A DNA stretch of 64,000 bases, taken from the NCBI GenBank assembly GCA_041601615.1, contig JBFIHX010000001.1, positions 96,001-160,000 of the forward strand, read 5' to 3'. The translations under genes were made by a program, and so were the position numbers. Shown here one piece after another: positions 56,572-64,000 of the stretch. The notes below the pieces were generated by a model. That model searched no databases and had not been told where the DNA came from. It worked only from the letters and a program-made list of their open reading frames with translations. Origin of the DNA: Thermoplasmatota archaeon. Lineage in GTDB: Archaea; Thermoplasmatota; E2; JACPAO01; JAHFTW01. How positions within the stretch are numbered: position 1 is the stretch's first letter; each line of letters begins with the position of its first letter.

Positions 56572-58269
56572 ATGGTCTCGGCAATCCCCACCGGACATGC
56601 CGACCTTCAACACGATTCGCAGCGAAAAATGGAGCTTATGTCTCTCGTTTCTTCCATGCAATCATGGGACCTAACGGAGCGTCAGCTCTGCGACATTGAG
56701 ATGATTCTCAACGGTGCATTCGCGCCTCTTACCGGATTCCTCAACAAGGACGATTACGAGTCTGTGTGTGCAAACATGCGCCTTGCCGACGGCAGCCTAT
56801 GGCCCATGCCGATTACGCTGGACGTACCGGAAACCTTCGAGGCCGCAGTGGGTGACCGCGTTGCTCTGCGCAACCCCGAGGGCGCCGTGGTCGCCATTTT
56901 GACCGTGGGAAGCCGCTGGAGCCCGGACAAGCAAGCCGAGGCTCAGCAAGTGTTCGGAACCACCGACACCACGCACCCCGCCGTTGCCTACCTCATGAAC
57001 AAGGCCGGCGCCGTGTACCTCGGCGGCAGCCTCGAACTGATGGAGGGCATCCGCCACCACACGTTCCAACGCGACCGCCACACCCCCGCCCAAATGCGCG
57101 CCCTCATCCAAGAGATGGGATGGCAAAAGGTCGTCTGCTTCCAGACACGCAACCCCCTGCACCGCGCCCACTTTGAAATCACCCAACGCGCCGCCCGCAA
57201 GGAAGGCGCCGCCTTCGTGCTCAACCCCGTAGTGGGTATGACCAAGCCCGGTGACGTGGAGGCCTACAGCCGCGTGCGCTGCTACCGCGCCGTCATGAAC
57301 CGCTACGACCAGTCCACCAGTGTCCTGAGCCTGCTGCCGCTGGCCATGCGCATGGGCGGCCCCCGTGAGGCGGTCTGGCACGGCCTCATTCGCCGCAACT
57401 ACGGCTTTACCCACTTCATCGTCGGCCGCGACCACGCTGGCCCCGGCAACGACGCCAACGGCGAGCCTTTCTACGGCCCCTATGACGCCCAGGAACTGTT
57501 TGCGACCCACGAGGCAGAAATCGGCCTCAAAATGGTGGACTTCCAATTCATGGTCTACGTGGAGGACCGCGACCAGTACATGACCGTCGATGAGGTGCCC
57601 GAGGGCGCCAAGACCCTGAACATCAGCGGCACCGAGCTGCGTCGCCGACTGCGCGAAGGCGCGGAGATTCCGTCCTGGTTCAGTTTCCCCGAAGTCGTCG
57701 AAGAACTGCGCCGAGAATTCCCGCCGATGTCCCAGCGCGGCGTGACCATCCTGTTTACGGGCCTGTCTGGCTCCGGCAAATCAACGGTGGCCCAGACGCT
57801 CATGGCCAAACTCTTGGAGGAAGGCAGCCGCCCCGTGACGCTCCTCGACGGGGACGTGGTGCGCAAGAACCTCAGCAGCGAACTGGGTTTCTCCAAGGAA
57901 CACCGCGACCTCAACATCCAGCGCATCGGCTACGTGGCCAGTGAAATCTGCAAGAACCGCGGCATCGCGATTTGCGCCCCCATCGCGCCGTACGACTCCA
58001 CGCGCAAGAGTGTCCGTGCGGCCAACGAGGCCGTCGGTGGTTTCGTGCTGGTGCACGTAGCGACTCCTCTCGAAACGTGCGAGGCGCGCGACCGCAAGGG
58101 CCTCTACAAGTTGGCCCGCGACGGAAAGATCAAGGAATTTACCGGCATCAGCGACCCGTATGAGGTTCCTGAGGATGCCGACGTGGTCCTAGACACGACC
58201 CACAGCACGCCCGAGGATGCGGCGCAGGAAATCTATCTGCACCTTCGGTCGAAGGGCTACATCCAGTAG
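56572..58269 (+). CDS. sat-cysC: Bifunctional sulfate adenylyltransferase / adenylylsulfate kinase (PAPS synthase)
   Basis: LWPMPITL, FQTRNPLHRAH, VGRDHAG, ISGTELR, P-loop GLSGSGKST and FTGISDPYE. Confidence 0.95.
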   Translation: MVSAIPTGHADLQHDSQRKMELMSLVSSMQSWDLTERQLCDIEMILNGAFAPLTGFLNKDDYESVCANMRLADGSLWPMPITLDVPETFEAAVGDRVALRNPEGAVVAILTVGSRWSPDKQAEAQQVFGTTDTTHPAVAYLMNKAGAVYLGGSLELMEGIRHHTFQRDRHTPAQMRALIQEMGWQKVVCFQTRNPLHRAHFEITQRAARKEGAAFVLNPVVGMTKPGDVEAYSRVRCYRAVMNRYDQSTSVLSLLPLAMRMGGPREAVWHGLIRRNYGFTHFIVGRDHAGPGNDANGEPFYGPYDAQELFATHEAEIGLKMVDFQFMVYVEDRDQYMTVDEVPEGAKTLNISGTELRRRLREGAEIPSWFSFPEVVEELRREFPPMSQRGVTILFTGLSGSGKSTVAQTLMAKLLEEGSRPVTLLDGDVVRKNLSSELGFSKEHRDLNIQRIGYVASEICKNRGIAICAPIAPYDSTRKSVRAANEAVGGFVLVHVATPLETCEARDRKGLYKLARDGKIKEFTGISDPYEVPEDADVVLDTTHSTPEDAAQEIYLHLRSKGYIQ

Positions 58270-58290
58270 GACAAGGAGCCTATTGAGTCT

Positions 58291-58330
58291 GGGGTCCGGT
58301 GTTGCACTGGGCCCCGGGCTACCTTTTTCA
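58291..58330 (+). terminator. Hairpin plus T-tract after sat-cysC
   Basis: GGGGTCCGGTG-TTG-CACTGGGCCCC stem (includes G-U pairs), followed by CCTTTTTCA. Confidence 0.4.
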
Positions 58331-58393
58331 TTTGCTTGCCCGAAGGCAAACCTAGGGCCGCCCAACGCCTCGGCTGCCGTGCCTTTAGAGGCT

Positions 58394-59218
58394 TCAGGCC
58401 AGGACTTGGACCGTAAGTTCCGATGCAACTTCTGCCATGACACGTTCCTTGCCAGCGATGTACGTTTGAAGAATCGATGCGACATCGTAGTCTTCTAGCG
58501 AGGCGCCGCTGGCCGCCACCCAGTGACCAATGGCGTCGATGGCGTGGAAGAAGTGGTTGCGTTCCGTCGGGCCTGTGTGTACTTTGATCCAGGCGAGCGA
58601 CGACGCGGGGACCTCGGGGTAGTGGGCCGCAAGCCAATCCGAAAACAGGCCCCAAATGAATTCCACCTCTCCGTGGGTGTAAATTTCATGGCAAAGGGTC
58701 GTTAGGAGACCCACGAGAATATCGGGGTCTTGGAGGGAATTGTGGTCCTTCCAACCCTTGAACGACTTGGCACTTTCTCGAAGGTGTGCCCGCGATTGCC
58801 ACTGGTCATCTCCCGTGATCTGGGTGGCCATGCGGTAGAAGAGCTCGGAGTGTAGAATGTTGCCCACTACGGCTAGGTCCTCGTCCACGATGCGGTTGAG
58901 GCTCGCCACAGAGCGCGCTAGGTGGGCATGGTCTACGGAGTCGTCTCCTTGGTGGATGAGCATGGTGCATCGGTTGCTCAATCCGGCCACCGTCACCGCG
59001 CTGTTGTTTGTGAGGGCCCAGTTGTGGAAGAACACTCGCAGCGCTTCCGGGGATTGGCGCTTCGAAGTGAGCTGACGGAAGGATTCGCAGATGCGATCCA
59101 GGCGCGGTTCGTCCTCCCGGACCTGCTGAATCAGGCGGTCGCGCAGACCCCCCGGCGGCATCCCTTCAAGGACAAGTAGGACGGCGTCGGAAATCGACTC
59201 AGGGCGCAAGTCACGCAT
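58394..59218 (-). CDS. Heme-oxygenase-like diiron (HDO) superfamily protein
   Basis: Helical protein with E-x9-H (DEDLAVVGNILH), a central E (CHEIY) and H-x4-E-x2-H (VHTGPTERNH) ligand pattern. Confidence 0.65.
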   Translation of the reverse strand: MRDLRPESISDAVLLVLEGMPPGGLRDRLIQQVREDEPRLDRICESFRQLTSKRQSPEALRVFFHNWALTNNSAVTVAGLSNRCTMLIHQGDDSVDHAHLARSVASLNRIVDEDLAVVGNILHSELFYRMATQITGDDQWQSRAHLRESAKSFKGWKDHNSLQDPDILVGLLTTLCHEIYTHGEVEFIWGLFSDWLAAHYPEVPASSLAWIKVHTGPTERNHFFHAIDAIGHWVAASGASLEDYDVASILQTYIAGKERVMAEVASELTVQVLA

Positions 59219-59276
59219 ATGGGAATCCAAGTTCCGGGGTAGATAAACCATCCTGAATTGCAATTGCGTCAACCGC

Positions 59277-60191
59277 TTACCAGAGTGGCCCACGGCCCAA
59301 AAACTCGAACAAGCGGGCATCGGGTTCGGCAAAGAATGCGCGCAATCGTACCTCGGTTTCCTTGGGCATTGGCTCTGCGTACGGACGTGCGTGGACTTGC
59401 GGGAATTGCTGGGCTGCCCAATCCATCGGTTGCAATCCCAAAAAGTTCGTCACTTCGTCCATGACGCCTGCTGCGTTGTGGCGCATATCGGCCATGTGGA
59501 TTACATGCAATTGATCGCGGGGAAAGTATTCCAGGTACCGTTGAATCTGCTCAAGGTACAAGCCTCGTCGTAGGAAACTTGGTTCCGCCGGCGGATTGGA
59601 CGTTTCCATCAATGCCATTTCCTCCTCCACTGCGTCCGCAAACGAAGGTAATTCGCCTCCGAGCAATCGTCGCACCCATGCAGCGGAGTCGTGGTTCAAT
59701 CGGTCCATGAGCATCGCCAGATCGGCCCTCCCGTGGCGCGTCTCATTGAGATTCCGATACATGTTCCACTGGGAGTAGGCCCGTTTGACCGGATCTCGGA
59801 CCATGGCAATCAAGCGCGTCGAGGGATCGTATTCGTGGATGCGAGCGGGGACGGCCTGGCCGTACAAGTGTGCGGACGTAGCGTCGATGGCGATGCCATT
59901 TTTTGGCATTTGAAACGGCAGCGGAAACCGGGCGTGGTACCCTGCCAAGCCCTTGGCGTATCGCGCATCCACGTTGAAGTGGTTCAATTCTTTCCGGTCG
60001 GCCAATCGAACCTGTGGGTGACGGTTTAGGTAGGCGGCGATGGCAGAGGTGCCCGACTTTTGTGCGCCAAGAATCATGACGCTTGGGCAAACGTGGTACC
60101 CGAGCCGGCTTGTCACCTGCCCGACGGCTGTGCGCGATTTGAGGTACGATTGCCTCGTGAAGTGTTGAATTCGTTTGATTCCGTATGCCAT
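59277..60191 (-). CDS. Sulfotransferase (Sulfotransfer_1-like), paralog of 46532
   Basis: GAQKSGTS, KELNHF, RDPVKRAYS.W and RGLYLEQIQRY. Confidence 0.88.
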   Translation of the reverse strand: MAYGIKRIQHFTRQSYLKSRTAVGQVTSRLGYHVCPSVMILGAQKSGTSAIAAYLNRHPQVRLADRKELNHFNVDARYAKGLAGYHARFPLPFQMPKNGIAIDATSAHLYGQAVPARIHEYDPSTRLIAMVRDPVKRAYSQWNMYRNLNETRHGRADLAMLMDRLNHDSAAWVRRLLGGELPSFADAVEEEMALMETSNPPAEPSFLRRGLYLEQIQRYLEYFPRDQLHVIHMADMRHNAAGVMDEVTNFLGLQPMDWAAQQFPQVHARPYAEPMPKETEVRLRAFFAEPDARLFEFLGRGPLW

Positions 60192-60296
60192 GCAATCGTG
60201 TCCCTGCTACTTCTTGCCCGCCGCTCGGCGTGCTAGTGGCCCAGGGGCTTTAGACTCGCGGGTAGGTCATAGGGCATAAATTGTGCTTCCCGGTGG

Positions 60297-61553
60297 ATGC
60301 TTCTCATCGTGCAAGACAGCTCGGCGCGTGGCGATAAGAATCGATTCGTGGATGCCTTGAAATCCCCCGTTCGGCAGAGGGCGGACAACTTCACGCCGTG
60401 GACGTTCGAGGAGCCCCTTTGGATCCGCAAGAGTACGGATCAAGATTTTGCGCGTTTGCAGACGCTCATGGTCCGCTTGATTCGCAGGCTTGTCCAAGAC
60501 TATCGAAGCTATGCACACATCATGCCCCTTGATGAGCGGGTGCAAGCGATTCTTGATTTGTGGGAGCCTCGACCCTACCGCGTCGGCACCTACCGGACCG
60601 ACTTCGTCATTGATCGCGGAGGACAGGCCCGGATCATCGAGATTACTTGCCGCTATGCCCTGAATGGCAATTCCACGACTCTTGTCATGAACGAAATGGG
60701 TCGACGGTTTCGTGCGTCGCGGGGAGACTTCGAGGCGCCACAGGATCGCTCGGAACCGCTTCTGCGTCGGTTGTGCTCGTTGCTGGATGGGGTGCGCAAA
60801 TTCTGCATCCTCCAAGGAGCCGATGACCGAAACGACTCCAAGTTGCTCTTGGAACCTTTGCGGGCGGCGGGGTACGAAGTGGAAGTAATTCCGTGTGCGA
60901 TGATTCCGTCGCGCATCGACGATTTGGATCAGGAGGATTGTCTCGTGGTTAGCGAACTGGCCGTGTCGGAGATCGTGGGCTTGGGCATCGAGGTGAACCG
61001 ACGACTGGCACGAATGAACGTCATCAACGACTACCGCACGGTAATTCTCATTCATGACAAGCGGTTCTTTGCCGTGATGGGGGATCCGGAGTTCCTGGCT
61101 TCGGAGCTCAATGACGAGGAGACGGCGTTCTTTCGCAGATTCTACATTCCAACCTTCAGCGCTACGCAACGCCCCGACTTGTGGAAGCAAGCGCCGGAGG
61201 AGAAGGATCGTTGGATTGCCAAGCATCGCAATTTGGGCATGAGCCAGCGGTTGCTAGCCGGCCCCGTGGCAACTCCAGAGGAATGGCGGGCGTTTCTGGC
61301 AGCCGACGATGCTCGAGACTTGACCTTGCAAGCGTGGGTGGAGACCCTGCGCGTCGAGTCCAGGTTGGGCGACGAGGAGCGGTCCGACTATCTTGTCGGG
61401 ACGTTCATGTTCTTTGACGACGAGTACTTCGGCCTCGGCCCTTTCCGACTGTCTAGTTTTCCCGTGACCAACCTTGCCGACGACCGCAAGGCGTTCGGCA
61501 TGGTCGGCGACGCCCAACCTCCAGAAGGCGTGCATCCGATCCTGATGGTGTAG
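60297..61553 (+). CDS. ATP-grasp-like ligase, paralog 2 (of 48356)
   Basis: GTYRTDF...IEITCR..LNG, NDYRTVILIHDKRFF, WIAKHR.LG.SQ and DY.VGT..FFD..YFG. Confidence 0.65.
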   Translation: MLLIVQDSSARGDKNRFVDALKSPVRQRADNFTPWTFEEPLWIRKSTDQDFARLQTLMVRLIRRLVQDYRSYAHIMPLDERVQAILDLWEPRPYRVGTYRTDFVIDRGGQARIIEITCRYALNGNSTTLVMNEMGRRFRASRGDFEAPQDRSEPLLRRLCSLLDGVRKFCILQGADDRNDSKLLLEPLRAAGYEVEVIPCAMIPSRIDDLDQEDCLVVSELAVSEIVGLGIEVNRRLARMNVINDYRTVILIHDKRFFAVMGDPEFLASELNDEETAFFRRFYIPTFSATQRPDLWKQAPEEKDRWIAKHRNLGMSQRLLAGPVATPEEWRAFLAADDARDLTLQAWVETLRVESRLGDEERSDYLVGTFMFFDDEYFGLGPFRLSSFPVTNLADDRKAFGMVGDAQPPEGVHPILMV

Positions 61554-61577
61554 GCGAAAGCAGCGTCGACTTGCGTC

Positions 61578-62393
61578 TTAGAGCTTGGTCGATGGCTTGG
61601 CAAATTGGGTCCAGTCCGTACCCGGTGCTCCTGCAATGAAGTGCGGATTACGCCAGTCCCCGTGGCCATAGCGAAGCGGCAGCCCTTCGAGATCCGTGAG
61701 GGTGCCGCCTGCGCCAAGAAGCACGGCGTTTGCTGCGGCGGTATCCCAGTGCATCGTGGGCCCAAGTCGAGGATAGACGTCGGCGGCGCCTTCGGCGACC
61801 CGACAGATCTTGAGGCTGGATCCATAGGAGTGCTCCGAGACTTGGTAGCCGCTGGCAGCCAGGGCTTCCACGTATCGGTCCACGTCGGGGCCACGGTGGC
61901 TGGTGCTGGCCACCACACGGCAGTCGCGGCCCTGAAGCGGCGGGCATGAAATTGGCTCCCAGGAACCGTTTTGCAGGCTCGATGCGCCCTCTCCCGGCAC
62001 ACCCCACCATGCCTCGTTCAAGACGGGCGCTGTGACCATACCGGCCACGGCTCGACCATTCTGCACCAGAGCAACATTGACCGTCCATTCGTCGCGGCCT
62101 TTCAGAAACTCCTTGGTGCCATCCAACGGGTCAATGAGCCAGAATGCATCGCCGGTCTCCCGTCCCGAGCCTTCTTCGGACACCACGGGCAAATCGAGGA
62201 CGCTTGCCAATCCGCCATCCAGGACCTTATGCGAAGCCAAGTCCGCCGCCGTTACTGGGGAGCGGTCGTCCTTGCTCTCGACTCCAATGGCGCCCGACGA
62301 GAGAAATTCTTGGCGCAGTTTCATTATTTCCTCGCCCGCCATCTCTACCAGCGGCAGCAGGCGCGTGCAAAGGTCCGCAGGAAGTGGCTTCAC
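61578..62393 (-). CDS. cysQ: 3'(2'),5'-bisphosphate nucleotidase CysQ (PAP phosphatase)
   Basis: SPVTAAD, SEE, WLIDPLDGTKEF, GSSLK.C.VAEG and YPRLGPT..WDTAA. Confidence 0.92.
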   Translation of the reverse strand: MKPLPADLCTRLLPLVEMAGEEIMKLRQEFLSSGAIGVESKDDRSPVTAADLASHKVLDGGLASVLDLPVVSEEGSGRETGDAFWLIDPLDGTKEFLKGRDEWTVNVALVQNGRAVAGMVTAPVLNEAWWGVPGEGASSLQNGSWEPISCPPLQGRDCRVVASTSHRGPDVDRYVEALAASGYQVSEHSYGSSLKICRVAEGAADVYPRLGPTMHWDTAAANAVLLGAGGTLTDLEGLPLRYGHGDWRNPHFIAGAPGTDWTQFAKPSTKL

Positions 62394-62529
62394 AAGCGCG
62401 GCACACAGGTCCGATTCATGAGTGCATGGGCGAGACGATGATCACCCTTCGGCCTGCCTCCGTGGGACAACCGACAAAAACCGCTTGAAGCGGCCATTCG
62501 CCACCGAAAAATTGGTGGGGAAGAAGAAG

Positions 62530-62602
62530 TGCTCCTGCCGGGATTTGAACCCGAGTCGACGCCTTGAAAGGGCATCATGATTGGCCACTACACCACAGGA
62601 GC
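62530..62602 (-). tRNA. tRNA-Glu(TTC)
   Basis: Minus strand GCTCCTG-TGGTGTAGTGGCCAATCATG-ATGCC-CTTTCAA-GGCGT-CGAC-TCGGG-TTCAAAT-CCCGG-CAGGAGC-A. Acceptor, anticodon and T stems pair. No encoded CCA. Confidence 0.93.
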
Positions 62603-62671
62603 GCGGGGGGACTTGGCGGCCGACTCAGGTCCCCGTCATAATAGTTTGGTATCGATCCAGGAGGCGCTTGG

Positions 62672-62986
62672 CTAGGCTTCGGCGCTGATTTGGTTGACGG
62701 GAGCCTTGCAGCTTCGGCAGATTTGGCGGGGTTTGTAGTTGAAGGCGCCGCAGCCGGTGCACGATTCTCCGACGGGGCAGGTGCCTTGGTAGTCGCGGGC
62801 TTTGGTGGTGCGGCGTAGGTACCATTCTACGTTGCCTACGGTGAGGACGGTGAGGCCGAGGGCGGCGAGAAACACGGTGACACCTATGCGGGGGCCGGTT
62901 GCGGCGCCGGGCATGATGGTGCCGGTGCCGACGAGCACGGATAGGACTGCGAGCGCGAGGGCCCAGAAGATCGCCTTGCGGTTCAC
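62672..62986 (-). CDS. Small 2-TM membrane protein with C-terminal zinc ribbon
   Basis: Two hydrophobic helices, then CTGC-x10-CRSC. Confidence 0.65.
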   Translation of the reverse strand: MNRKAIFWALALAVLSVLVGTGTIMPGAATGPRIGVTVFLAALGLTVLTVGNVEWYLRRTTKARDYQGTCPVGESCTGCGAFNYKPRQICRSCKAPVNQISAEA

Positions 62987-63360
62987 ATCGCGGGCGAGTC
63001 AGCGGGGGTCTTGGGTGTTCGGGTCTTGGCGGTTGACGGGTCTGCCCGAGGTGCGTGCGGATGGAATTGGGTGCCTCAAGCGGCGTTTCCAAAGTGCTCA
63101 TATACGGTGGGCAAGAATGGGACGTTCGTGACCGACCTGGTCCACCTTATGCACCCGCGCATGACGCGCTGCATGAGCAAGCGACAGGTCGCGATTGTGA
63201 AGCGCACGAATGTGTGCTTCTGCGACGAGCGCGCCTAGACATCCGAAGCGACGCTTGTCGCGATGGAAGGTGTCTACTGATGCGCCCGTTCGGCAACAAA
63301 CCAAGAGCCAGTGCTGCGATCGCCCCTACCCAGTCTGAGGACAAGCTCGGCGCTTCCTCG

Positions 63361-63807
63361 ATGGAAGTGAAGCGCGAAGCGATGAACCTGCTTTTGATGA
63401 CGTGCTTGGGCGCTGTGGACGGCACCATCCTCCTCCTGGCCGCTTCCGGAGCCCTTGCAAGCATCGGATCTGCCGTGGTGGTGGGCCTGACTGTGGTATC
63501 TGGAGCTGGAGCCTGGATTGCGGCATACCAGGCGTTTGGCGGCCGCAAGCACAGTGCTCGTGATTACCGGGCCCTTGCGGGCATCGCGTTGTTGTCGATT
63601 GTTGCGACCGTCGCGGCGGCGTGGCTTGGTATGGCGCTCGGGGAAGCGGTGCGCTTCCATGTTCTGCCAAAAGCCGTTGGCGTTGTGCTGTTCTTGGTGG
63701 GCGCCGAAGTTGCAGGCTTGCGCTTGCCTCGCCCAGGACATGCGCCTTTGCCGCTGCTCGTCGTGGGTGCAGCGGTTCTCGTGGAGGTGGTGTTGTGGAT
63801 CCCTTGA
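63361..63807 (+). CDS. Hypothetical membrane protein (weak resemblance to haloarchaeal DUF5794 N-half)
   Basis: Multiple TM segments and LLLMTCLGAVDG...SGAL. The family resemblance is from memory only. Confidence 0.55.
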   Translation: MEVKREAMNLLLMTCLGAVDGTILLLAASGALASIGSAVVVGLTVVSGAGAWIAAYQAFGGRKHSARDYRALAGIALLSIVATVAAAWLGMALGEAVRFHVLPKAVGVVLFLVGAEVAGLRLPRPGHAPLPLLVVGAAVLVEVVLWIP

Positions 63808-64000
63808 CAGCGAGCCTCTTGGCGGCGTCTGTGGCGTGGTTGAGCATCCTGGCGGTGGTGCATTTGCCTGCGGGCCGCTTGCCAGTGCGTCGGTTGCGCG
63901 TGGTCGGCGGGCTTACCATTGCGGCGTTGGGGGCGGTGGTGCTGGGCGTGCCTTTGCCCGGGTGGGCGCCGGTGGCGGTGCTTGTGGGTGGCGGGTTGGT
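63795..64000 (+). CDS. Hypothetical membrane protein, partial
   Basis: GTG overlaps the previous gene. VDPLTASLLAASVAWLSILAVVHLPAGRLPVRRLRVVGGLTIAALG... stays open to the window end. Confidence 0.45.
   Translation, partial: MDPLTASLLAASVAWLSILAVVHLPAGRLPVRRLRVVGGLTIAALGAVVLGVPLPGWAPVAVLVGGGL

Noticed and set aside
56572-58269. Evidence of dissimilatory or assimilatory sulfate reduction
   Set aside because: No apr, dsr, cysH or sir nearby. The fusion to APS kinase and the sulfotransferase context point to PAPS supply.
33083-62529. Integrative element or prophage at tRNA-Glu
   Set aside because: No integrase, transposase, phage gene or att duplicate was recognised. Kept only as an island hypothesis.

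Overview
High-GC archaeal sequence, probably Thermoplasmatota-like. This is inferred from mptE/DUF115, DUF373, a PGF-CTERM-like surface protein, an archaeal-type tRNA-Glu without encoded CCA, and degenerate TATA boxes about 25-30 bp before apparently leaderless starts. 1-33 kb holds housekeeping and membrane genes (site-2 protease, cutA, mptE, SDR, sucCD, two ABC systems, a surface-anchored protein, a GT-C-like membrane protein). It also holds two unexplained paralog families: four tandem SPEC3/Stum-like small membrane proteins (4.4-5.9 kb), and six dispersed secreted Cys-rich proteins, five of which share a C-x8/9-C-x6-C-x16-19-C-type module (9.5-18.6 kb). 33.2-62.4 kb is a ~29 kb island ending at the 3' end of tRNA-Glu. 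It encodes a bacterial-type Wzx/Wzy polysaccharide pathway (WcaJ-like initiator, glycosyltransferases, Wzy/ligase, Wzx, rfbAB, a VioA-like aminotransferase) and a full sulfation module (five sulfotransferases, sat-cysC, cysQ). It also encodes natural-product-like tailoring enzymes: two ATP-grasp-like ligases, PhyH and TauD Fe/2OG dioxygenases, a heme-oxygenase-like diiron protein and two WbqC. This tailored sulfated-glycan pathway and the Cys-rich secreted family are the best candidates for undescribed systems. All family calls come from motif recognition by eye, not database searches. Many start codons were moved from the ORF-track positions.
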